Shown piece by piece: positions 46,901 to 58,159 of a stretch of 64,000 nt of DNA (position 1 is the first letter of the stretch; every line of letters begins with the position of its first letter). Origin of the DNA: Prasinococcaceae sp. CCMP 1430 (Eukaryota; Plantae; Prasinodermophyta); NCBI GenBank assembly GCA_013416795.1, contig RQSC01001018.1:1908-65907 (forward strand), read 5' to 3'. The notes below the pieces were generated by a model. That model ran no database searches. It was not told where the DNA came from and saw only the letters and a list, made by a program, of their open reading frames with translations. A program made the translations under genes and the position numbers.

Positions 46901-47105
46901 GTGCCGGCCGAGTCCCGAGCAGTCCCCGGTGTGTAGCCTGTGCGTTTTGCAGGAGTGCTCCGCGGCCCCCGCGAGGGTTCTAGTGCGGCGTGTTGCGTGG
47001 GGATGACGCTTCCCTGATAATGTGTATATTATCATAACAAGAAAGCGCACAGGCGCGCGCCCTGGGTGCCCGCTTGGTCGCGCCGGCCTTGCGCAGCGGC
47101 CGGCC

Positions 47106-48882
47106 CTAGATGAATGCGCTCGTCAGCTCGGGCAGCGGCGCGAAGGGCCTCAGCCCGTCGCCGAGCCAGTAGCTCATGTTGGCCATCTGCCGCGCGACCA
47201 CCTGCTCGCGCCCCTTCCCGTGCTCCTTGGCGACGACGCACAGCAGCGCCCGCCGCGCGCCGAGGCCGGGCGCGTCCTCGAAGAGAGGGTTGGGCCGCGC
47301 CACGGCCTTCGCGTGCGCCTGCGCCGGCGGCGCCGATGCCTCGCCCTGTCGCCCCGCGCCTTCCTGCCCGCCCCCTCGCTCTCGCCCCGCCCCCTCCGCC
47401 CTCGCACCCCGCACTTGCGCACCACCTTGCGCGCCGACCCCGCGTCGCGCCCCCGCCTGTCGCTGCTCCGCCTCGTTCTCGGCGCGGACACCCACGAAGA
47501 AGCTGCCGACGGCCGCCTGCACCGCGCCGCGGCACCGCGAGGCCTCGTACTGCCTCGCAGCATCGCCTGTCTTCTCCGCCTTCGCAGCCTCCTCCTCCAG
47601 CAGGGTAAGGTACTCGCCGAGGTTGGGCATGAGCAGCAGCTGCACCACGCGAGCGCCCAGCGCAGCTATGCCCACGATGGATCCGTAGTGCGTGGTGAGC
47701 GGCTTCTTGGGGTCCATGAGCGCCCGCACGAGCGTGCGGGTGATGCGCGGCTGGAGGTTGGCGTACGAGCCGCCGAAGCGCTCGCACACGAGCGCCACGA
47801 GCGACGCGGCGTGCTCCCGCAGCTGCCAGTGGTCGACTGTCAGTGCGGCCGACTTGTCGGCGGCCGACTTCTCTGCGGGCGCCAGGCCGCCGCCGGGCCC
47901 TGCCCCGCCCTCCCCCGCGGCCTTGGGCACGCCCAGGCGCTTCCCGACCAGGCAGGTCAGAATGGACGGCATGAGCTGATGCAGGTACGCCTCGATGTGC
48001 AGGCTCGGGTTCGTGAGCAGGGCGTACGCGGCGCGCATGAGCGCCGAGAGGATGTCCACGTCGGCCAGGTGGCGCGTGACCTCGTCGGCGATGAACTGCA
48101 CGAAGAGCGGCGTCAGCGGGTGCAGGCCCGTGTCCGTGCTCAGGCTCTTGAGCGCAGCGCGCAGGAGCGACTTGTTTGCGTCGGAATCGCCCAGCAGCAC
48201 GAGCTCGGTAATCTTCTCGTAGTACTGCTGCAGCTCCTTGGAGATGATCTGGCGCACAACCGGCTTGACGGCGTCCTTGCCCTTGCCCGCGGCGGCCGCC
48301 GCCCCGCCCGAGGGGGGCGCGCCCTGGCCGGCCGCCGCGGGCGCCGGGTTCGCCGGGATCGCGGGCTGCACGCCCTCGATGGCCAGCCAGTGCGTCATGA
48401 GGTGCACGTCCAGCGGCGCCGAGGGGAGCTTGGAGGCGACCACATCGGTGAGATCCAGCTCGGGATCCTCGACCTGCGGCGCGCGGCGCGGGGAAGCAGG
48501 GGCGGTGGGCGTCAGCGCCATGCGCGCGGCGGCGCGGCGGCAGCGCGATCGCGCCGCCGTCCGGCGCGGGCGCGCCGCGGCCGGCGGCGCGACGCACGTA
48601 GTAGAGGTCGGCGCCGCCGAGCACGCCCGCGCGCTTGAACGACGCGTTCTCCGAGAAGCCGTACAGCGCCTCGCGGTTGCGCAGCCGCAGCGCCGCGTTG
48701 ACGTCGTCCGCGACCAGCCGCCGGCGCTTCGAGTGGCGCATGAACTTGAGCGCCTCCTGGATGACCTCGCGCGTGCGGTACTCCACATCGGGGGCGAGGT
48801 GCTTGGTGATGGCGTCCGGCAGCCCCGGGTGCCCCAGGCTCTCGGCGATGTCGCTGATCGTCTCGCGCCGCACGTGCGACAT
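47106..48882 (-). CDS. TAF6: TFIID subunit TAF6 (intron 48597-48474)
   Basis: H4-like histone fold LAPDVEYRTREVIQEALKFMRHSKR, HWLAIEGVQPAIP, SKELQQYYE, YLHQLMPSILTCLV, TTHYGSIVGI. Confidence 0.95.
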
Positions 48883-49307
48883 GGCCGCCGCCGCCGCCGC
48901 CGCCGCCGCCCTTCGCCGCCGCGGGCCTCGGGGCCGAGGCGGCAGGGCGCGAGGGGTCGAGGGCCGCCTCCGATCTCCCTCGCCGCGCGCGGTCTGGCGC
49001 GCGCCCCGCGCGGCAGGCGCCCTAGGGGCGCCTCCGCCCCCCTCACCCACCACACGCTCCTTCCCCCCCAAAATGCCCTAACACATCAGACCGCATTGCC
49101 GCATAACAGTCCCATTCAACGGCGCGAAACCACCCGCGTTCCGCGAAAACACGCGGTGAGCGGTTTCAATCCCTTCGCATCGGCGAATTCGTGGGTGCGC
49201 GCGTACGCGCGTTTTCACGCCAAGAGGGGGTGAATATTTGGCGGGAGTATCTGGGATTTCGTTTCGATTTCGGGTTGTTGGTTGTGCGCGTGCGCGCGAG
49301 CGCGAGC

Positions 49308-49368
<61 letters not shown>

Positions 49369-49370
<2 letters not shown>

Positions 49371-50567
49371 AGGCGGCCGCCGAGACGAGCGCCGCGACGA
49401 GCGCCGCGACGAGCGCGGGCCGCCCGCCCGCGACTACCGCGCCGACCTGCCGCCGAGCTCGATGCCCACGCTCACCGACCTCAACAAGTGCGTGCGCGCG
49501 CGAACACGCGTGTGCTTGTGCGTATGTATGAGTATGCAAACGTGTGTGCGTGCGTGCATGCGTGCGTGCGTGCGTGCGTGCGTGCATGTGCGTGCGTTGT
49601 TGCGCGTGTGCGTATGTTTGAGTGTGTCTACGTCTGTGTGTATGTGCTGACTCTCCTCACGCCTTCCCCCTCAAACACACAAAACACACACACACACACA
49701 CGCACAGCCGCGTGTACGTCTCCAACCTCGCCGAGGGCGTCACCACCGACGACCTGCGGGAGCTCTTCGGGCGCATCGGCGTCATCGCCAAGCAGCACCA
49801 GAAGCGCGGGCGCCGCGACCAGTGGCCATACGCGGTCAAGCTCTACACCGACGAGGTGCGTGGGCGCGCGGGGGGGCACGGGTGGGCGTGGGAGTGTGTG
49901 CGTGTGCGTGTGCGTGTGCTTGCGTTTGTACGTATACAGTGTGTGTGTGTGTGTGCAGCGTGGTGTGTGTGTGTGTGTATGAAGTGGGAGGGGTGAAGTG
50001 GTGTGTCTTTGTGTAGCCCCGCGCTGACGCTTTGTGCGCGCGCGTGCGTGTGTGCGTGTGTGCGTGTGCGCACTTCTGGATGTGCGTGCGCGCGCGCGCG
50101 CGCGCGTGCAGCGCGGACGCCCCAAGGGCGACGGCGTGGTGAAGTACGAGGACCCGATGGCCGCGCAGGCCGCGCCGGGCTTCTTCGACGGCCACGAGCT
50201 CAAGGGCAAGAAGATGAAGGTCGAGATGGCGGAGGTCAAGCCCGCCAGCGAGTACGCCAACCGCGGGGGTGAGGGCGCGCGTGCGCGCGCGCGAACGCAC
50301 ATACGCTCGCGCACACGCCACATACGTGCACGCGCAAGCACGCAGACACAAACACACGCACATGCACACGCACGCACACACACGCGCGCACACGCACACA
50401 CGCAAACACGCACGCACACGCACACACACACACACACGCACGAGCGCACGCGCGCACCCACACGCACACAAGCTCTCGCTGACTCTTCCTCGCCCCCTCC
50501 ATTCTCGCCAACGCGGACACGCATACACGCGCATGCATACACACACACACACACACATACACACACA

Positions 50568-50611
<44 letters not shown>

Positions 50612-50821
50612 TACACACACCCTGTGTGCGTGCACGCAGGCGGCGGCGGCGGGTACGGTGGAGGCCGCGGTGGAGGCCGCGGGTACGGTGGAGGCGGCGG
50701 AGGCGGCCGCGGCTACGGCGGAGGCGGCGGCGGAGGCTACCGGGGCGGCGGAGGAGGCTACGGAGGCGGCGGCGGAGGCTACGGGGGCGGCGGCGGAGGC
50801 TACGGGCGCGACCGCTACTGA
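49369..50821 (+). CDS. TAF15b: TAF15b/FUS/EWS-like RRM + RGG protein (exons ~49369-49487, 49708-49855, 50112-50268, 50640-50821); 5' end unresolved
   Basis: Spliced [28 protein letters not shown]...[18 protein letters not shown]|[21 protein letters not shown] closely resembles the plant TAF15b RRM. Gly/Tyr/Arg tail. All junctions are GT-AG and in phase. Confidence 0.85.
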
Positions 50822-51072
50822 CTGCGCGCGCGCGGTGGCGTAAATGCACACACGTACGTACACACGCGCACACACACGTGCACATGTGTACACACACACG
50901 TACGCACACACGCACACACACATGCGCACACGCACACACACACATGTGGGCCGCATCTCACAGGCGCGTGCGCGTGCGCGCGATTTGTTCGCGGTTTGCG
51001 CTCGCGCGTGCGCGCGTGCGTGTGCGTGTGCGTGTGTGCGAGCGCGTGTGCTTACGCGCGCGCGCGGCGCGC

Positions 51073-51236
51073 TCAGGGCGCCCCCGACGCCTGCTCGAGC
51101 GCCTGGCCGATCTGCTCGTCGAGCACGGCCTCCACTTGCTCGCTCACCTGCACGCGCGCGCCGGGGGGTGTCAGTGGGTGCACTCGCACACACGACCAGA
51201 CTACGCACACGCGCATGCACACACACACACACAAAA

Positions 51237-51317
<81 letters not shown>

Positions 51318-51796
51318 AACACACACACAAAAACACACGCGCATGCACACACACACACACACACACGCACGCACGCACATACACACACACGCCTCACCTT
51401 GTTGATCTTTTGCCTCTGCGCTGCGACCTCCGCCTCCTGAATGATGGCCTGCTTGTCGATGGTGTTGGCCGCCTTGTAGTACTCGGAGCGCAGCGTCTCC
51501 TTGGCCTTGAGCAGCTCGGCGATGGCCTTGGAGGACTCCTCGCTGGGGTTGGAGCGCGCGGCGGCGCGCTCGGCGGTGAGGCGCTGCGTGAGGCCGCGGT
51601 CGATCGCGCGCGCCTGCGCGCGCACGTGCGTGCGGCGCGTGCGTGAGCGCGTGCGCAGGCGCGCGCGAGCTCGTGAGCGCACACACATGCGCACACGGGT
51701 GCGCACGCACGCACGCACGCACATGCACCTACACGTACATGCGCAAGCACACACACACACACACACTGAGTACGCATTCACACACACACACGCGCG

Positions 51797-51845
<49 letters not shown>

Positions 51846-52199
51846 ACACACACACACACACGTATTCACGCGCGCGCGCGCGCACACACACGCACACGGC
51901 CCCGCGCACAAACGTCCTCGCGCGCTCCGCACCTGCCTGTCGACGCTCTGCTTCTCCTGCGCGCGCTTTGCCGACTCGACGAGCGCGGCGCGGTCGAGCG
52001 AGTACTTGGCCTTGGAGGCCTCCTGCGCGAGCGCGCCCTTCTGCTCCTCGAGCCTCTCGGCGCGCTGCGCGGGCGAGTCGGCGGCGAGGGCGGCGCCGGG
52101 GGCGGTGGCGGTGAGGAGCAGCGCGGCGGCCGCGGCGAGGACGAGCACGATTCGCGACGCCGTCGAGGCAGCCGCCGTGCGCGCGCGCGTGCGACGCAT
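51073..52199 (-). CDS. Uncharacterised helical/coiled-coil protein with a signal peptide, possibly thylakoid lumen (exons 52199-51933, 51613-51398, 51147-51073)
   Basis: Arg-rich leader, hydrophobic [23 protein letters not shown]|AD cleavage motif. In-frame splicing gives SVDRQ|ARAID and KINK|VSEQ. Confidence 0.7.
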
Positions 52200-52456
52200 G
52201 GCACGCCGCGTGCGAGGACGCGGCCTTCGCGCTGGGCGACGGGGGCGTGCTGGAGCCGTGCGCGTTCGGGGCCGGCGGCGCCAATGAGGTGCGTACGCGC
52301 GCGTGTGTGTATCTGTAAGCGTGTGTGTGCGTGTGTGTGTGCGCACGCGCCGACGCTCACACATGCATGCACACGCACGCACACGCACGTGCATTCGCAC
52401 ATACACACACGCGCGGTCACACATGCACACCACATCAAACACTCACACACACACAC

Positions 52457-52487
<31 letters not shown>

Positions 52488-52510
52488 TGCGCACACACAC
52501 ACACACACAC

Positions 52511-52579
<69 letters not shown>

Positions 52580-52848
52580 TGCACACACACACACGCACAC
52601 GCACACGCACACACACGGCGCGTGCGTCGTCGTCGCCGGCGCCAGCGCGCGGCCACGCGCGCGCGCTGCAAGATTGCGCGCGCGATCCACACCCGCGCGC
52701 GCAAACGCGCGCGCGGGCAGAGGGGTTTAGGTTTTGTACTTTGGGTTGTATGCTGTGTGATAGAGGGTTTGGAAGTTTGAAACGGGCGCGGGTTGCGTTA
52801 CGAACCCGCAGCGGCGGGCGGTGCGGGGGCCAGCGGAGGGGCGGCGCT

Positions 52849-52879
<31 letters not shown>

Positions 52880-53051
52880 GCGCCGAGCGTGTGCCCGTGG
52901 GTGCGCTGGTGTGCGTGCGTGCGCGTGTCCACGTGCGCGCGGCGCGCGCGCGCGCGTAGCGCTGCCGCGTCGTGGGCGCGCATTGCCCGCGGGTACGGAT
53001 CGTAGCCGTTTCAGAGCGCGCGCGCGCGTGTGTGTGTGTGCGTCGGCGGCC

Positions 53052-54932
53052 TCATGCGCGCGCGCTGCCCATGCGCCGCGCGGCCTCGCGCGCCATGTCG
53101 AGATCGGCTGCCACCCTGGCGCCGCGCCCGGCCACCTCGACGGCGCCCGTGCGCGCGCACGTGGTGTCGTCCTCGAGCATAGCCAGCGCCATGCCGACCA
53201 GCGTGCCCACGCCGTAGGGCAGGCTGTCCTCGTCCACCTGCGCCCGCTCGCGCGCGCGCGGTCAGCGACGCCTGCGCGCACACCACACGTGCGCGCACGG
53301 GCACACGGGCACGCACACACGCGCGAGCGCGAGCGCGCTCACGCACCTCGAACGTGGGCGCGTGGTGGTTGGTCCCCGTGCGCTCCCCCGGCGCGTGGCC
53401 CGCGGCGCGGTGCCCCGAGAGCATCGCCACGCACGGCACGACCTCGCAGAAGAAAGCAAAGTCCTCGCCTATCATCAGCTGGTCCATCTCGCGCCACGCG
53501 GCGGCGCCGAACGCGCCCTCGACCATGCGCCGCGCGAGGCCCACCAGCGCGGGCGAGTTGACCACGGGCGGGTACGCGCGCGTCGTCCACGTGTCGCCGA
53601 ACGCGGTGGTGTGCACCTCCGCGTCGAGGAAGTCCACCTCGGCCTCCACGCCGTGCGCCGCGGCCACGCCGGCGGCGGCCGTCTCGATCGCCGCGCGCAG
53701 CTTGGCGTGCGCGCCCTGGACCGGTACGAGGCCGTGCGCGTGGTGCGTGTGAACGGATGAGCGCACGGTGCGTAAGCGCACGCGCACACGCAAATCACGC
53801 GCACAGTCGCGCACGCACGCCGCGCACCTTTGACATGGCACGAAAGGTACCTCCAACCTCCGCTACGCCCGGGATGATGTTGAGCGCTTGCCCGCCCGCA
53901 TGCAGCCGCGTGACGGAGAGCACGACGGGCTCGAGCGGGTCGCTGGCGCGGCTGACGGCGAGCTGCAGCGCAGCGACGAGCGCGGCGGCGGCGACGACGG
54001 GGTCGCGCGCGAGGTGAGGCAGTGCGGCGTGGCCGCCGGCGCCCGCGAGCGTCACGACGAACTTGCCGCTCGCGGCGAGGAACGGCCCCGCGCGTGAGGC
54101 GACCACGCCCGTCGGGAGGCCGCTCCATGTGTGTACCATGGCTGCAGCGGAGACGCCCTCCGCGGCGCCCTCCTCCACCATACGCGCGCCGCCCGCGCCG
54201 CCCTCCTCAGCGGGCTGCCACACCAGCCGCACGGTGCCGCTCGGCAGCCGGCCCGCGTCGGCCCGCGCCTTGAGGACCTGCGCGCGCGCGCGCGTGTATG
54301 CGCGTATGTGCGTGAATACACGCGTGTGTGCGCGTATGTGCGTGAGCGCATGCAGCCGCGCGTGCGTGCTGTCGCACGCACGGGCCCGCGCACACGCGCG
54401 GCGCCGCGCGCATGCGAACCTTTGCGGCGCCGAGCAGCATCGCCGCGTGCGCGTCGTGGCCGCACGCGTGCATGCGCCCTGGGTACGCGCTGGCGAAGGG
54501 CACGTCGGCCTCCTCGTGCACCGGCAGGCCGTCAAGATCCGCGCGAAGCAGCACGATGGGCTCGCCCTCGCCCACCTCCGCCACGACACCGGTGATCGCC
54601 ACGGGGAAGGTGTATCGCACGCCGAGCGCGTCGAGCTCGCGCCGCACGATGGCGCTAGCGTTGTGCTCCTCGTACACCACGGCAGGCACGCGATGGAGCT
54701 CGCGGCGAAGTGCGACGACGTGATCCGCAACGGCGAAGGCCTCGGCGGCCACGCCAGCGTCGGGGGCGGGAACTTCCGCCGGGCGGACGGCACCGTCGGC
54801 GGCAAGCGCGATGCCACCCGCGCCCACACCCAAGCCCGCGTCCACGTCCGCGCCCGCAGCGACCGCGGTCGCGAGCCCCGCCAGCGCCGCCGCCAACGCC
54901 GCCAGCGTCGCCCTCGACATCGCCACTGTCAT
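53052..54932 (-). CDS. M20D amidohydrolase (IAA-amino-acid hydrolase ILR1/ILL-like) with signal peptide; exons 54932-54420, 54277-53828, 53715-53347, 53237-53052
   Basis: LRRELHRVP, LLRADLDGLP, GRMHACGHDAH, WQPAEEG, GGHAALPH, EDFAFF, NHHAPTF. Confidence 0.9.
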
Positions 54933-55139
54933 GGCCGTAGCCGTCAGCCAGCGGCGGCGCGGGCGCGCGTTGTGGCGCATCGTGTGGCGCACGCAGCGGT
55001 CCCTCGCGCCACGCGAGCACGCGCGCGCCCGCGCGTATGCGTTCGCGTGCGCGCACGCGCGCGCGTGTGTGTGTGCCTGTTGTGTGTGCGTGTGCCACTC
55101 GCGCGAGCGCGAGCGCGCGAGCTCGCGGCGGGCGCCAGC

Positions 55140-56943
55140 ATGGCGCTCGCCGCGGCCGGTGCCCTGCAGGCCAGGCGGCTGGTGTGCTTCGTGGGCGGGT
55201 GCGTGCTCCACTCCTCTCTCGCTGGCTTTCGCTCTGGCCTCAACGCGAGCGCACGCACGCGCGCCCTGACACGCGCGGGCGCTGCACACACGCACGCGCA
55301 CACGGCACGGCGCGGCACGGCACGCGCACCTCAGGTACAGCGCGCCGCGCCAGGCGGATCCGTTCGGTGGCACGGTAGGGTACGCTGACGAGGGGCGCGT
55401 GTGCGCCGGCGTGGGGTGCGTGGCGCTCTGGGGCGACGGGCGCATCGACCGCGGCGCGCTGCGCGCCCCCACGCCCGCGGGCGCCAACCCGTCGTATGTG
55501 CTCGCGGGTCCCGCCGACACACACGGCACGCGCGTGCTCTACGTCGCCAACGAGTTCACACGCGGCGATGTCGCCGGCGGTGGCGACGAGCCCGGCGTGC
55601 GCGCGCTGGAGGTGGTCCAGGACGCCGATGGCGCAACGTTGCGGCCGCTGGGGGCGCCCGTGCCCACCGGCGGTGACCTCCCGTGTCACGTTGCGCTCGG
55701 CGCGGGCGGCGGCGTGCTGTGCGTGAGCCACTACGGCGTGGGCGGCGTCGCTGGCGTTGAGGTGTGTGGGCGCGCAAAAGTGCACGCGCATGCGGACACA
55801 CGCGCGCGTACGAGAGCGCGCGCCCACGTGAACTCAAGCACACCCACGAACGCACGCACGCGCACACGCGCCCACACACGCACGCACGCGCGTATGCGCG
55901 CATGCTGACGCACACGCGCAGGTGGGCGCGGACGGCGCGCTGGGTGCGGTAACGTCGAGGGTGGAGTTCGCCTTCGCGGGCGTCGGGCCGGACTCGGCGC
56001 GGCAGGAGGCCTCGCACGCGCACAGCGTCGAGCTCGATCCGCTGCGGCCTGGGAGCGCCCTGGTTTGCGACCTGGGCGCCGACACCCTGCACCGGCTGGT
56101 GGTGACTCGCGGCGTCCTCGCCGTGGAGAAGGACGAGGTAAGCGAACGCGCGCGCTCGCGAGCACACTGCATGCGCACTCGCGCGCGCGCGCGCGCTGAC
56201 TCGCGCTTCAAGAGCTCGCCGCCTGTGGCGACGCCGCCGGGCGGCGGCCCGCGCTCGCTCGCATGGCACCCGTCCGGCCGCTTCGCGTACGTTGTGCTCG
56301 AGATGGCCGCGCAGGTCGCCGTGTACCGCCGTGCGGCAAGCGCTGAGGGAAGCTCCGGCGCGGCAGGCGCGCTCGAGCTCGTCGGCGTGTCGCCCACGCT
56401 GCCCGAGGGCTGGCCCGCGCCCTGCGACGAGCCCAGCTGGTCGCGCAACCGCGGGCGCTGGGCGGCTGACGTTGGTGCGTGCGCGGTGGGGGAGAGCCGA
56501 GACTCGATTACCTGACGGGAAGGTCGCGTCGCATTTGTTGGCGCACGCGCTCACGCGCGCGCCCAAGATGTCACACAGATGCGTACGCGCACACACACGA
56601 GCGCTGACACGCGTGAGCGAACGCACACGCTGCGCGTGCAGCCGTGACACCCGACGGGCGCTTCGCCTTCGTTTCCAACCGCCTGCACGACAGCATCGCG
56701 CGCTTCGCGGTGGACGCCACCACGGGGCTGCTCTCCCTGTTGGGCCACACGCCGTGCGGCGGCGCGTGCCCGCGCTGCATGCGCCTGTGCGCGGGCGGCG
56801 CGCTGCTCGTCGTCGCCAACCAGCACAGCCACTCGGTGGCCACCTTCCGCGTGGACGCCGCGACGGGCGACCTGGAGCTCGCCGACGCCCTCGCCGAGTT
56901 CCCCAACGCCAGCTGCGTCGAGGTCGTCGAGCTACCGTCGTGA
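55140..56943 (+). CDS. Seven-bladed beta-propeller lactonase (6-phosphogluconolactonase/Pgl-like); exons 55140-55198, 55335-55761, 55922-56137, 56213-56474, 56642-56943
   Basis: FVGG|YS, NPSY, LYVANE, GGDLPCHV, RQEASHAH, DLGAD, GPRSLAWHPSGRFAYVVLEM, TPDGRFAFVSNRLHDSI, LVVANQHS. Confidence 0.88.
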
Positions 56944-57256
56944 GACGCACATGCGCCCTCGCAGGCACACACACACACACACACACACTGTGCGGTTAAT
57001 AATAGGCGCTATTGAACGATCGGTCGGCGAATCGCTCGCACTGTTTTTGGTGGGAGTCGATGTCACCACCCTCGCAGCCGTTTCGAAATTCAAACGCGAC
57101 CGCGCGCGCGCGCCGCCGCAGGCCTCTCAGGTAGAGTGGTGGGGGTGGGGAGGGGGAGGGGGCCACATCTGCGCCACTGGACACACGCACACGCACACGC
57201 TCACGCGCGTGCGCGCGCGCACGTTTGGCCCTGGGGAGCGTCGGCCGCACGCGCGC

Positions 57257-58108
57257 CGGCAATTGCGCGCGGGATGCCGGCGCTCGCCGCGCAGCGCCGA
57301 CGCCGCCGCGGCGCGCGCCCGCTGCGCGGCGCTTGCGACGTCGTCCGCGGAGTGCGGCGGCGAGCGCGTGCGTTTCTACGAGGCGCGCGCTGCAGGCGAC
57401 CAGGCACGCGCCGCAGGTGTGGACGTGCTCGTGCTGCACGAGTTCTTCGGCCTCACGGAACGCGAGGCGGCCATTGCTGACGCGCTGGCGTGCCGCGAGG
57501 GCGTGCGCCGCGCGCTCGCTGTCGACATGTGGGCCGGCGAGGGCGCGACCGAGCGCCTCATACCGCGGGCGATATGGCTCGCGCTGCGCCCGGGGGGCAG
57601 ACGCGAGGCCGTCAGGAGGGTGGCCGCCTTCGCCAATGCCGTTGCGGCGCCCGCCGACGGCGCAAGCGAGGAGGCGCCTGCGGTGGCGACGCTGCTCGTG
57701 GGCTTCTGCTACGGCGGCGGTGTCGCCGCGCGCGCGGCGGCTGCGCTGGGCGGAGGCGAAATGGGGGGGCGCCCGGCGGCATTCGCGTGCTTCTACGGCG
57801 CGCCGCTCGACGCCGACGCCGCGGACGACGAAGAAGCGCTGCACCGGCTGCGTGGCACGCGCGCGTTGCTGGTCTACGGCGGCCGTGACGCGCAGTTCCC
57901 GCCGGCGGCCGTCGACGCGTACGAGCGCGCCCTCGAGGCCGCGGGCGCGCACGCGCGCGTCGCGCGCTACCCGGCGCAGGGCCACGCGTTTCTGCGGGCC
58001 GTCCCCGAAGACGGCGACGGAAGCAATGCCGACGCCGCGGACGCCTGGCGCGAGCTCGAGGCCTTCGTTGACCAGGTCGCTGCGGACGTCGCCGACGCCG
58101 CCAGCTGA
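57257..58108 (+). CDS. Dienelactone hydrolase family protein; start unresolved
   Basis: LHEFFGL, GFCYGGG (Cys nucleophile), FYG, YGGRDAQF, YPAQGHAF. Confidence 0.85.
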   Translation, partial: RQLRAGCRRSPRSADAAAARARCAALATSSAECGGERVRFYEARAAGDQARAAGVDVLVLHEFFGLTEREAAIADALACREGVRRALAVDMWAGEGATERLIPRAIWLALRPGGRREAVRRVAAFANAVAAPADGASEEAPAVATLLVGFCYGGGVAARAAAALGGGEMGGRPAAFACFYGAPLDADAADDEEALHRLRGTRALLVYGGRDAQFPPAAVDAYERALEAAGAHARVARYPAQGHAFLRAVPEDGDGSNADAADAWRELEAFVDQVAADVADAAS

Positions 58109-58159
58109 AGCGCAATTCCGCCAGCTTACGCGCGACCACGCGGCTGTAACAGTGATGTA

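Larger units (their letters stand above)
49300..56640. repeat. Domain dense in (CA)n/(TG)n, (GTGC)n and (CG)n microsatellites, mostly intronic
   Basis: Visible runs, e.g. 49319-49370 (GTGC)n, 50540-50610, 51240-51390, 51770-51890 and 52440-52615. Confidence 0.9.

Noticed and set aside
49600-53000. Long Cys-Val or His-Thr repeat ORFs (e.g. 49628..51859)
   Set aside because: These are translations of (TG)n/(CA)n intronic microsatellites, not metal-binding proteins.
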